Below are positions 28,223 through 39,829 of a DNA stretch of 64,000 nt, in pieces. Position 1 is the first letter of the stretch; every line of letters starts with the position of its first letter. The stretch is from Opitutia bacterium UBA3534. GTDB lineage: Bacteria > Verrucomicrobiota > Verrucomicrobiia > Opitutales > UBA3534. Both the position numbers and the translations under genes were made by a program. The notes under the pieces were generated by a model, which was not told the DNA's origin, searched no databases, and saw only the letters and a list, made by a program, of their open reading frames with translations. The DNA lies in NCBI GenBank assembly GCA_002376875.1, contig DFOT01000012.1:34357-98356 (forward strand). Direction: 5' to 3'.

Positions 28223-30649
28223 TTATTCGTCTTCGTCCTCTTGGTCTTGAACAACCTTACAGATTCCGATGAGTGTGTCACCTTTGGCTAGGTTGATCAG
28301 CTTTACACCTTGAGTGCTTCGGCCAATTACGCGGATATCCTTCACCGGAGAGCGTACCGCTTGTCCGGATTGGGTGAGCATCATAACTTCATCAGTATCT
28401 TGAACACTGAGTGCTCCGGCAACGGCTTTCGTTTTGATGGCAATGATTCCGCTTCCTGCACGGCTTTGGGTGCGGTAGTCCTCGAACTTACTGCGCTTAC
28501 CAATTCCGTTTTCACCGGCAACAAGGAGGGTTTCTTTAGGGTCAACCACTTCAAGTGCTTCAACGTAGTCATCTTTCTTTAAGGTAACTCCTTTAACACC
28601 TCGGGTTGCACGCCCTTGGTCTCTTAGGTCTGTTTCTTTAAAGCGGATAGACATTCCTTTGTGCGTCACGATGAGGATCTCGTCTTCACCTTGAGTGAGC
28701 TTCGCGCCGATCAGCTGGTCATCTGCATCGATCTTAATACCGATGGTGCCTCCTTTACGGAAGTTAGAGTAATCACTTAGATTTGTCTTTTTAGTAATAC
28801 CCTTCTTGGTACAAAGAACAAGGTGGTGATTCTCTGAGAATTCTTTGACGCAGATCATTCCAGCAATCTTCTCATCCTTTTGCATGTTCAGTACGTTAAC
28901 AATAGAACGTCCCTTAGCAGTTCGGGAACCTTCTGGGATTTCGTATACTTTCTCAACATACACACGACCATTATTCATAAAGAACATGATGTAGTCATGC
29001 GTACTTGCTGTGAAGAGGCGCTCGACGAAGTCTTCGTCATGTTGTCCTGTGCCGATTACTCCCTTGCCGCCTCGTTTCTGTGAGCGGTAAGCATTTACAC
29101 TAGTACGTTTGATGAAGCCCTTGTGGGTAAGTGTGATTAAGCACCCTTCGTTAGCGATTACGTCTTCCATGCGGAATTCACCTTCAGCATCAATGATCTG
29201 AGAGCGACGTTCGGTAGCGTACTTCTTCCTGATTTCCTGAAGCTCTTTTTTGATAACGCTTAAGAGTTTCTTTTCGCTCTCTAGGATAGAACGGTACTCT
29301 TCGATTATCTTCATGAGCTCCATATACTCTGCTTCGATCTTTTCACGCTCCATGCCCGTTAGGTGATAGAGGCGCAAATCAAGAATCGCATTAGCTTGAC
29401 GCTCAGAAAGAGGGTATTTGGCAATTAAGGCGCTCCGTGCTTCGTCACGGTTCTTAGACTTACGGATAATTTTTACGAAGTCATCAAGATTGGAGAGCGC
29501 AAGTTTGTAGCCTTCTAGGATGTGCGCGCGGTCTTCTGCCTTCTTGAGTAAGAATTGTGTGCGGCGGTAAACAACCTCACGTCGGTGCTCGATATAGCAT
29601 TCGATGAGCTCCTTGATGTTCATTTGCTTAGGGCGCTGTTTGTCGAGCGCTAGCAAGATGACCCCGAAGGAACTTTCTAGAGGTGTATGCTTGAAGAGTT
29701 TATTAATGACCACACGAGGCGTTTCTCCGCGTTTAAGTTCGATAACAATACGTGTGTTCTCATCGGACTCATCACGCAAGTCGCTAATCTCATTCAGCGT
29801 CTTGTCATGCACAAGTTCTGCAATCCGTGTTACTAGAGTTGCACGGTTTACGTTATAAGGAATCTCTGTGATGACGATTTGCTCTTTACCATTCTTGATT
29901 TCTTCGGTGTGGGCGGTTCCGCGTGTTTTTACAATGCCTCGGCCTGTTTTTAGGTATTTCTTAATACCGTCACGCCCAACGATGCTACCTCCTGTAGGGA
30001 AGTCCGGCCCTGGGATAAGTTTGACAACATCATCCACAGCGATGTTAGGCTTATCAATAATAGCGCAGGTTGCGTCAATGATCTCTCCTAAGTTATGCGG
30101 AGGGATGTTTGTGGTCATTCCTACGGCAATACCTGTGGATCCATTAAGCAATAAGTTAGGAAGTGCTGCAGGAAGTACAGAAGGCTCAGTTGTGCTTTCC
30201 TTATAGTTGGGGATGAAGTCAACTGTTTCCTCATCAATATTGCGTAAGAGTTCTTCAGCAATGCTTGTTAGGCGACACTCTGTATAACGATAGGCTGCAG
30301 GAGGGTCTCCGTCGATAGAACCGAAGTTTCCTTGAGGGTCGACTAAAGGCCCGCGCATAACCCAGTTTTGTCCCATGCGTACCAGGGCATCGTAAACCGA
30401 GCCGTCACCGTGTGGGTGGTAATTCTTTAGTACTTCCCCAACGACACCCGCACACTTATCGAAGGGCCTATTGTGTAGGAGTCCTTCACGCAGCATGGCG
30501 TAGAGGATGCGTCGGTGAACAGGCTTGAGCCCGTCCCGAGCATCAGGGAGTGCGCGGCTAACGATGACCGACATCGAATAATCGATGTAGGCGGTTTGCA
30601 TAATATCCGTAACGTTGGTAGCAACCAGTGTTTCTTTGTCAGTGTACAT
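28223..30649 (-). CDS. gyrA: DNA gyrase subunit A
   Basis: KNYHPHGDGSVYDALV (QRDR region), active-site AAYRYTE, C-terminal beta-pinwheel repeats, acidic tail. Confidence 0.98.
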   Translation of the reverse strand: MYTDKETLVATNVTDIMQTAYIDYSMSVIVSRALPDARDGLKPVHRRILYAMLREGLLHNRPFDKCAGVVGEVLKNYHPHGDGSVYDALVRMGQNWVMRGPLVDPQGNFGSIDGDPPAAYRYTECRLTSIAEELLRNIDEETVDFIPNYKESTTEPSVLPAALPNLLLNGSTGIAVGMTTNIPPHNLGEIIDATCAIIDKPNIAVDDVVKLIPGPDFPTGGSIVGRDGIKKYLKTGRGIVKTRGTAHTEEIKNGKEQIVITEIPYNVNRATLVTRIAELVHDKTLNEISDLRDESDENTRIVIELKRGETPRVVINKLFKHTPLESSFGVILLALDKQRPKQMNIKELIECYIEHRREVVYRRTQFLLKKAEDRAHILEGYKLALSNLDDFVKIIRKSKNRDEARSALIAKYPLSERQANAILDLRLYHLTGMEREKIEAEYMELMKIIEEYRSILESEKKLLSVIKKELQEIRKKYATERRSQIIDAEGEFRMEDVIANEGCLITLTHKGFIKRTSVNAYRSQKRGGKGVIGTGQHDEDFVERLFTASTHDYIMFFMNNGRVYVEKVYEIPEGSRTAKGRSIVNVLNMQKDEKIAGMICVKEFSENHHLVLCTKKGITKKTNLSDYSNFRKGGTIGIKIDADDQLIGAKLTQGEDEILIVTHKGMSIRFKETDLRDQGRATRGVKGVTLKKDDYVEALEVVDPKETLLVAGENGIGKRSKFEDYRTQSRAGSGIIAIKTKAVAGALSVQDTDEVMMLTQSGQAVRSPVKDIRVIGRSTQGVKLINLAKGDTLIGICKVVQDQEDEDE

Positions 30650-30668
30650 GGTTTTTTATAAATTAAGA

Positions 30669-33191
<2,523 letters not shown>

Positions 33192-33550
33192 TTATTAGGA
33201 GGCTCTCCCGGGTGCGGAAGGCCTTAGTTTATGTAATTTCGGTCTCGTTGAATAATAATATTTAAAGAGGTAATCATTCTGTTGTGATATGCGAAAAAGT
33301 GAAGATAAAAAGCACTTTTTAGAGCTCTTTTTTTGATATTTTAAATCGTTGATTTACAGTAATTTACAAATCAAGTGTCAGTCGATTTTGTGCCACAATC
33401 GAGCTCTGGTTAAACCTGGGGAGGATAAGGGTTTTTGGGAAGGGGTTATTGAGGGTGTGAGCGAAAATCTCTCCTCCTTCGCTCAAGCTTTAGGGGGGAA
33501 CTCTAAGGGTAGGGAAGTGGTCATTTTTGGGCCTACTAAGGGCCTTCCCT

Positions 33551-36499
33551 TTATAGCTCTTCTAAAACCTGCTCTGTAATCGCCTCAAGCTCCATAGAGC
33601 TTAGTACGCTTGGGCTTAGGCGGTTGGGGTGTAGCTTAGGCAGGCCTGTTAATTTCTCGCTTAGACACAAGTTGCGGTTAGCGCCTACTTCATCAACCCG
33701 ATCTATAGGTGTGAAGCGAGGGCTCTTTTTAATGACCCCCGGGCTATTTCGGAATGTTTTTTGCATCTCCAGCACAGCCGCCTGGAAGCGATCTAGTTCC
33801 GCTTTTGTATAGCTTTCTGTCGGTTCGATCATTAATCCAAAAACCTCAGGAAAAGCTACTGTAGGTGCGTGAAAGCCATAGTCCAAAAAGAGTTTTCCGA
33901 ATTGAGGAATGATGTTAGCTTTAGGGGTGCCCGCAGCTTCGGCATTTGAAAAGTCCTCTTCGGTAAGGGTGAGGATAAATTCATGCATACGGGGGATGTC
34001 TTGAGCACCTGCGGGCAATGTGGGAAAGGCAGTCCCTAGGGTACTGAAAAGATAACGTGCCGAAAGCACTGCGGTTGCTGCCATTGCGCGGACCCCTTCT
34101 TTGCCTAAACGAGCAAGGTAGGTATAGCAGCGGACTTTATGTGCGAAGTTCCCCCAATGACGGTGGAAAGAACCAATGCTCTTTTTTGGTTTAGTGGCTA
34201 CGAACTGTTCGCCCGCTTTATTGATTTGTAGCCCAGGGAGAAAGTCTACGAGTTTGCTACTCACCCCGACAATAGCATCCCCAGGGCCACCGCCTCCGTG
34301 AGGGATTGTCCATGTCTTGTGTAGGTTATTGTGCACTGCATCGACGCCAAGCTTGTCTAGATTTACCCAGCTAGCGATAGCATTCATGTTGGCTCCATCC
34401 ATAAAGACAAGCCCGCCAGCTTCGTGGACTTTATCGGCAATGATTTTAAACTGACTTTCAAAAACACCACTAGTGTTGGGATTTGTTACCATGAGGCCGC
34501 AAAGGTTGTTGCGGTTGGCCTCAAGTTTTGTGCAGAAGTCGTCAAAGTCTATTTGCCCGTGATCGTTTGCTTCAAGTAGCACAATTTTTGTATTGGCCAT
34601 GGTTGCAGTAGCGAAGTTTGTCCCATGGGCAGACTTAGGGATAAATACTACAGTGCGGTGCTCTTCTTTGCGATCGTGATGGTAGGCCTGGAAAAGTTTA
34701 AGGCTGAGTAGCTCTCCTTGTGCACCTGCTACCGGTTGAGTCGTTATGCCTGCTAAGCCTGTGATTTTTTTGAACCACTCTTGGATTTCAAATAAGATTT
34801 CTAGGCAGCCTTGTACATCTTCTGTAGGGGCTTGAGGGTGAGCATTTGTAAACCCAGGCAGCCCAGCAGCCCAATCATTGACTAACGGGTTGTACTTCAT
34901 CGTACAAGAGCCAAGAGGGTAGCAAGCAGTGTCTGGGCTTACGTTGCATTCACCCAATTTTTCGTAGTAACCTTTAAGGGTCTCTAGGGCTATTGAAGGG
35001 AGTTGGGCTGGGCTTTTACGTAAGTACTGTTTAGGGAGTGAGGGGAGTTCTTCTTGAGTCGAGCTCAGTGTTTTAAATGCATCTTTAAAGAATGCAATGA
35101 GTTGTTGAATATCTTCATCAGTTTGGATGTCAGAGAATGAGATTTTGAGTAAATGCTTTTTGGGATGAACAATCCGATCTGAGATATCTACTCCAATGTG
35201 TAGGCCATGCTCTCGACCTTGTTGGATAAGCTTGGCTGTAGGAATGTCTAGAGCGAGGGTTGTTTCGTTGAAGAAAGCGGTTTGTGGGTAGGCTAAAGAA
35301 ACCCCTGTGCATTTTATCAGTTCTTGGATCGCTACTTGCGCTGCTTTATGCCCGGATAAGGCTGTAGCACTCATGCCTTCGTCTCCGCGTGCCAGAATGG
35401 CTGCTCCAGCGAGTGTGGCCAAAAAGGCCTGATTGGAGCAAATGTTAGAGGTCGCTTTCTCTTTGCGAATGTGTTGTTCGCGTGTGGAAAGTACCATTGT
35501 GAAACAGTCGCGCCCATTGGCATCGGTTGCTTTACCTACATAACGTCCTGGGGTAGCTCTTACATTATTTTTACAGTGCTCATTAAAGCGCACCCCGAAG
35601 ATGCCGAGGCCTGGGCCTCCAAAATTAGGGCCGATAGCCAAATGCTGGCCTTCTCCAACAATCATGTCTGCGCCCTTTTTACCAAAGGTGTTAGGTGGGG
35701 TGAGTGCGCCTGTAGCTAAGAGCATGGGGTCAATGACAGCAATAGCTTTGAGCTCATGCGCGTGAGCAAGGTCAGTGAGGGCATGGACATCTTCGCATAA
35801 GCCCAGGTGGTTTGTTTGCGGGAACGCAATGGCTGCGGTGTTCTCTTTGTGCTTAAGGATGAGGGCTTCGGCTTTTTTTAGATCACACAATCCTGTGTCT
35901 GGATTTAGAGGGATCGTTTTAAATTGAATGTCTGTGTGAGCGCGTAAGGTTTCGAGGACGTCGCAATCTCCTGGGTAAAGGCCTTCGCATAAAAGGACCG
36001 TGTTTGTTTTACGCACTAAGCGAAGTGCACATAAACAGGCTTCGTACAGAGCAGTGGAGCGTTCATATAAAGAGGTGTTAATCGCTTCAAACCCGGTGAG
36101 TTGGGCCAATGCGCATTGGTAAATCCAATGGGTAACAAGCGTTCCTTGGCTGCGTTCAGGTTGGTAGGGGGTATAGGCTGTGGCTAAGTTGCGTAAGCTT
36201 GAAACAAACGGTACAATTTCATGCACTTGGTAAGCAGGCAAACCATCGCCTAGAAACCTACGGTAGTTCTTATTTTTATCTGCCTTGGTTTGAAGGTTTG
36301 CCTTTAAGCCTTCGGGCGAGAGTTCTTCAGGGAGTTCAGGCGGGCTTGTAAAGCGAACTTCATCCGGGATGTGCGCAAAAAGTTCTTCAACGGTGGCGCA
36401 CCCACAGGCTTTGAGCATAGCCTGGATGTCTTCTGCGCTTGCAGGAATATAGTGCCGTGCTTCTTCACGAAGCGAAAGCAGGTCTTGAGGGGCAGTCAT
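33551..36499 (-). CDS. gcvP: Glycine dehydrogenase (decarboxylating), apparent GcvPA-GcvPB fusion
   Basis: The N-terminus YIPASAEDIQAML resembles subunit-1 proteins. The internal YPLGSCTMKYNP resembles the start of subunit 2. ATG at 36499, because the ORF-track N-terminal extension overlaps the upstream gene. Confidence 0.9.
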   Translation of the reverse strand: MTAPQDLLSLREEARHYIPASAEDIQAMLKACGCATVEELFAHIPDEVRFTSPPELPEELSPEGLKANLQTKADKNKNYRRFLGDGLPAYQVHEIVPFVSSLRNLATAYTPYQPERSQGTLVTHWIYQCALAQLTGFEAINTSLYERSTALYEACLCALRLVRKTNTVLLCEGLYPGDCDVLETLRAHTDIQFKTIPLNPDTGLCDLKKAEALILKHKENTAAIAFPQTNHLGLCEDVHALTDLAHAHELKAIAVIDPMLLATGALTPPNTFGKKGADMIVGEGQHLAIGPNFGGPGLGIFGVRFNEHCKNNVRATPGRYVGKATDANGRDCFTMVLSTREQHIRKEKATSNICSNQAFLATLAGAAILARGDEGMSATALSGHKAAQVAIQELIKCTGVSLAYPQTAFFNETTLALDIPTAKLIQQGREHGLHIGVDISDRIVHPKKHLLKISFSDIQTDEDIQQLIAFFKDAFKTLSSTQEELPSLPKQYLRKSPAQLPSIALETLKGYYEKLGECNVSPDTACYPLGSCTMKYNPLVNDWAAGLPGFTNAHPQAPTEDVQGCLEILFEIQEWFKKITGLAGITTQPVAGAQGELLSLKLFQAYHHDRKEEHRTVVFIPKSAHGTNFATATMANTKIVLLEANDHGQIDFDDFCTKLEANRNNLCGLMVTNPNTSGVFESQFKIIADKVHEAGGLVFMDGANMNAIASWVNLDKLGVDAVHNNLHKTWTIPHGGGGPGDAIVGVSSKLVDFLPGLQINKAGEQFVATKPKKSIGSFHRHWGNFAHKVRCYTYLARLGKEGVRAMAATAVLSARYLFSTLGTAFPTLPAGAQDIPRMHEFILTLTEEDFSNAEAAGTPKANIIPQFGKLFLDYGFHAPTVAFPEVFGLMIEPTESYTKAELDRFQAAVLEMQKTFRNSPGVIKKSPRFTPIDRVDEVGANRNLCLSEKLTGLPKLHPNRLSPSVLSSMELEAITEQVLEEL

Positions 36500-36512
36500 G
36501 AGTGAGGAATAA

Positions 36513-36893
36513 TTAAAAGAATCGAATGCTTTTGTCGTCCTTAGCAGCGTCTTGGCGCATCTTTTCGTGCTCGGCATCGGTGCAAGCGCTGTTGGTGGGT
36601 GCGGAGGCCTCTTTACTGTTTGGGGTGATAAGGTTGGTTTCGAGCATGTATTGTTCAACCTCTTCACCGCTGACATCTGCAAGCATGATGACTTCTCCAT
36701 TATCGAGGGTAAGCTCTACGCAGGGAGAAAGCGGTTGGTTCGATTTTGCAACCATCTCTGCGTAATTATCTGGGTTATTGATAATGTCGATGTCCTCGTA
36801 CTGTAGGCTGTGTTTGTCAAAAATGGCGCGTACTCCGCGGCTCCAACCACACTGAGGTTTTAGGTAAGCAGAAATCTTCTTAATTGCTGTCAT
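36513..36893 (-). CDS. Glutaredoxin/thioredoxin-fold protein with CGWS motif and C-terminal extension
   Basis: KISAYLKPQCGWSRGVRAIFDKHSLQYEDIDI fits a monothiol Grx-like beta-alpha start. It ends 13 nt upstream of gcvP. Confidence 0.65.
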   Translation of the reverse strand: MTAIKKISAYLKPQCGWSRGVRAIFDKHSLQYEDIDIINNPDNYAEMVAKSNQPLSPCVELTLDNGEVIMLADVSGEEVEQYMLETNLITPNSKEASAPTNSACTDAEHEKMRQDAAKDDKSIRFF

Positions 36894-36998
36894 AATGCCC
36901 TTCAAGCTAGGAGCCAGCCCCTTTCGGAGCAATAAGAAAACTTGAATTTAGTAAGAATCCTGTATATGTTTAAGACTCTATCCTCTGAATTGCCCCTT

Positions 36999-38006
36999 AT
37001 GAAAACCTCACCTCTTTCCAGTAAAAGATATTTCACTATTATATTGATGGCCGGCCTTATGAGTGTCCCTCATGCAGGTAGTGCTATCCAGGGTCTTGCG
37101 AGTCTTTTGCCAAGCCAAGCAACTATGCATAAGCGTGCTGAACGTGGGGATGCTTTTTCCCAATATCAGCAGATGGCTCAGGCTTTAAAGCAGGCCAGGG
37201 CTGGAGATAGAAAAGCAGGTAAAAAGGCAGAACAATGGTTGCGACGTCTTGCTCAGAGCGCAGAGGCTGGAAGCCCAGAGGCTCAATTATTCATTGGGCA
37301 TGTGTATGCGCGTGGGACAATGGTGAAAACCAATTTGAAAAAGGCTTTAAGCTGGTATCGCAAGGCTGCTGAGCAAGGTCTAGCCGGGGCTCAGTATTAT
37401 GTAGGTGCTTTTTATGAAGAAGGTATTGGTGTGCGTCCGGATGCTAAAGAAGCAGCCCGGTGGTATTATAAGGCCGCTAAGGGGAGAGACTTAAGAGCCC
37501 AGGAGAAGCTCGCTTATTTATTTGCTACTGGGAAAAATGGCGTACGCAAGGACCCAAAGGAAGCTGTCAAATGGATCCGTGCTTCTCGTAAACAGATAGG
37601 TGAAGCTATGTCTGGGCGTGAGGCTGCTTACTACCTTTCTTCAAAAATTATGGAGAATGCTCGCCCAGGAAAGGACTGGGATGAGGTGACCTGGTGGTTA
37701 GAGCAAGCCGCTAGCCACGGGAGCGCTCCGGCTCAAAACCGTCTGGGTGATTTCTATTCTGGGGGTATTGGAGTTGCTAAGGATAAGAAAGAGGCAGTCC
37801 GCTGGTTTTATAAAGCAGCCCAGCAAGGGAATGCAGATGCGCAGTACTCTTTGGGCCAATCTTACGACCAAGGGATTGGCGTCCCTCAGAGCTATGTCAA
37901 AGCAGCCCAATGGTATGGGCAAGCAGCCCAGCAGGGTAACATGAAGGCAGCTCAGCAGCTTAAGAGCATGCAGCGCTTCTTGAAAACACGGGCAATGTAT
38001 CGTTAA
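36999..38006 (+). CDS. Secreted Sel1-like repeat (SLR/TPR-family) protein
   Basis: Signal peptide MKTSPLSSKRYFTIILMAGLMSVPHAGSA. About 7 repeats of the A..WY.KAA.QG...AQ..LG..Y..G.GV pattern. In-frame alternative starts at 36942 and 36966. Confidence 0.85.
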   Translation: MKTSPLSSKRYFTIILMAGLMSVPHAGSAIQGLASLLPSQATMHKRAERGDAFSQYQQMAQALKQARAGDRKAGKKAEQWLRRLAQSAEAGSPEAQLFIGHVYARGTMVKTNLKKALSWYRKAAEQGLAGAQYYVGAFYEEGIGVRPDAKEAARWYYKAAKGRDLRAQEKLAYLFATGKNGVRKDPKEAVKWIRASRKQIGEAMSGREAAYYLSSKIMENARPGKDWDEVTWWLEQAASHGSAPAQNRLGDFYSGGIGVAKDKKEAVRWFYKAAQQGNADAQYSLGQSYDQGIGVPQSYVKAAQWYGQAAQQGNMKAAQQLKSMQRFLKTRAMYR

Positions 38007-38050
38007 GCTCTTGGAGGTCAGCAACTAATAAAGGTTCTTAAAAACACCCA

Positions 38051-38078
38051 TTGACATATAATGATTTATTGATATAAT
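38051..38078 (+). promoter_or_regulatory. Consensus sigma-70 promoter TTGACA-N16-TATAAT
   Basis: Exact -35 (38051-38056) and exact -10 (38073-38078) hexamers, 24 nt upstream of the ATG at 38102. Confidence 0.6.
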
Positions 38079-38101
38079 TATAGCCATAATAGAATAGGGC
38101 T

Positions 38102-38854
38102 ATGATTAGGGTAAGGATGTTAGTTTTAGGGGCACTTGCATTGCTATTGCCGATGCAAGCTTGGGCAAAAGATGCGGTTTTAGAGGATATTACTGCACAG
38201 GCGCTTAGCGGGCAGATTGAAGTCATTAAGGAAATGGCTGAGGTAGGAGATGTGGAGGCCCAAAAAACCTTAGGTGTTTTATATTTAGTGGGGGAAGAGG
38301 TCTCACAGGATTATCGCCAAGCTTTTGAGTGGACGTTAAAAGCTGCTCAACAAGGAGACATGGATGCTGAGTATACGGTAGGTGTCTTTTACCATGAAGG
38401 CATTGGGGTTAAGAAAAGTTATTCTATAGCAAAAAAGTGGTTCTTGAAGGCTGCCCAACAGGGCGATATGGATGCGCAGAATAATTTAGGCGTTCTTTAT
38501 GCGCGTGGTTTAGGAGGAATGCGTGATGATGCCTTGTCTGCACTGTGGTATCGTAAGGCTGCTTTACAGGGCAATGCTACAGCACAATATAATTTGGGGA
38601 CTTTGTACTATGAAGGGCGTGGGGTAGATCAGAGTTTTGAAGAAGCTGCGGCGTGGTATTTAAAAGCAGCGGAGCAAGAAAACCCCAGTGCGCAGCATGC
38701 TTTAGGGATGCTGTACTTTATTGGTGAGGGCGTTATCCAAGACTATGAAGAAGCTGCTTTTTGGTTTAAGGAAGCTGTTGCTCGGGGATACCCCCCTGCT
38801 CAGGTAGGCTTGAAAACTGTGACAGGTATTCTTGAGGCCCAGGATAAAGAGTAA
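38102..38854 (+). CDS. Secreted Sel1-like repeat protein (paralogue of upstream gene)
   Basis: Signal peptide MIRVRMLVLGALALLLPMQAWA. About 6 SLR units (AFEWTLKAAQQGDMDAEYTVGVFYHEGIGV and similar). Confidence 0.88.
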   Translation: MIRVRMLVLGALALLLPMQAWAKDAVLEDITAQALSGQIEVIKEMAEVGDVEAQKTLGVLYLVGEEVSQDYRQAFEWTLKAAQQGDMDAEYTVGVFYHEGIGVKKSYSIAKKWFLKAAQQGDMDAQNNLGVLYARGLGGMRDDALSALWYRKAALQGNATAQYNLGTLYYEGRGVDQSFEEAAAWYLKAAEQENPSAQHALGMLYFIGEGVIQDYEEAAFWFKEAVARGYPPAQVGLKTVTGILEAQDKE

Positions 38855-38900
38855 GCATGACGCGCTTGACTTTGCTTACTTAAAATAAGACGCTAGGGGC

Positions 38901-39527
38901 ATGATGCATTTAGTGTGCTTGGACATGGAAGGTGTCCTTATCCCCGAAATTTGGAAGGCCGTTGCCGAGAAAACAGGCATTGATGCGTTCTTGAAAACCA
39001 CACGTGATGAGCCTTCTTATGATGTGCTCATGACTGAGCGCCTCGAGATATTGAAGCGCGAGAAGATCAATCTCAGTGTATTTCATGAGGTTGTTGAAGA
39101 TTTGGAGCCGCTCCCAGGTGCTGTTGAGTTTATGGAATGGGCTAAATCTCAAACGCGGGTAGTTGTCCTTTCTGATACTTTCGAACAGTTCATTCACCCT
39201 ATTATGCGGAAGCTAGGCTTTCCTACTATTTTTTGCCACACTTTGGAGCTCGCCCCTGATGGCACGTTTGAAAACTATCACTTGCGCTTAGATGATCAAA
39301 AAAGAAAAGCAGTGAAGGCATTTCAGGCACTCAATTTTAGAGTGTTTGCCGCAGGAGATTCCCATAACGATGAGACGATGTTGGAGTCAGCGGATACTGC
39401 TGCACTTTATGGCCCCTGTGATACGATGGTAGAGAAATTCCCGCAGCTACCAGTACTGCAGGATCATAAACAATTGCGTAAGTTTCTCGAGACAGAATTC
39501 CTTGGGGAACCTGTCGGAAAAGCTTAA
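38901..39527 (+). CDS. thrH: Phosphoserine phosphatase / homoserine phosphotransferase ThrH-like HAD protein
   Basis: Near-collinear resemblance, from memory, to Pseudomonas ThrH (CLDMEGVLIPEIW..AEKTGID...TTRDEPSYDVLM...VVLSDTF...GDSHNDETML). Confidence 0.75.
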   Translation: MMHLVCLDMEGVLIPEIWKAVAEKTGIDAFLKTTRDEPSYDVLMTERLEILKREKINLSVFHEVVEDLEPLPGAVEFMEWAKSQTRVVVLSDTFEQFIHPIMRKLGFPTIFCHTLELAPDGTFENYHLRLDDQKRKAVKAFQALNFRVFAAGDSHNDETMLESADTAALYGPCDTMVEKFPQLPVLQDHKQLRKFLETEFLGEPVGKA

Positions 39528-39757
39528 GCTTTAGTATGACTATGCTCTTGGCGTCTTTCAGTGCGCCAGTGATCGCGGTAATTGCGAATCCAGTCTAGTA
39601 GAGCGCGTTCAAAACCAATATCGTGCCCGGCTTTTTCGGACTCTATCCATTTGTGCCGTAAGATTTCTTCACGTTCGGCTAGGAATTCTTGGTATAAGCT
39701 AGAGCGTTCTACGAATTTTGACTGTTTGTTGTTTTGTTTTGCTGTTGGAGGCTTCAT
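39524..39757 (-). CDS. Small basic conserved-looking protein, family not confidently recognised
   Basis: 77 aa with motif EILRHKWIESEKAGHDIGFERALLDWI. Shares the stop tetranucleotide TTAA with thrH. Confidence 0.6.
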   Translation of the reverse strand: MKPPTAKQNNKQSKFVERSSLYQEFLAEREEILRHKWIESEKAGHDIGFERALLDWIRNYRDHWRTERRQEHSHTKA

Positions 39758-39829
39758 GCTTGGGGAGGTAGTCTCACTCTCTTAAAGGTATTTATAAGGG
39801 TATTTCTGAGAAAAAGCAATCCTTAAAAG

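Noticed and set aside
33349-33579. 76-aa plus-strand ORF in the gcvP-gyrB spacer.
   Set aside because: It runs into the gcvP 3' end on the opposite strand, is glycine-rich because of the G-tract motif, and has no start context. Treated as non-coding.
36500-36700. N-terminal 67-aa extension of the gcvP ORF given in the ORF track (start 36700).
   Set aside because: The extension overlaps the 3' part of the upstream Grx-like gene in another frame and looks non-protein-like. The Met at 36499 begins a typical GcvPA N-terminus, and a 13-nt spacer then separates the two genes.
36894-36998. Glycine riboswitch expected upstream of a gcvP operon.
   Set aside because: At most about 70-100 nt separate the Grx-like gene start from the divergent Sel1 gene. 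No tandem aptamer-like conserved structure could be seen.
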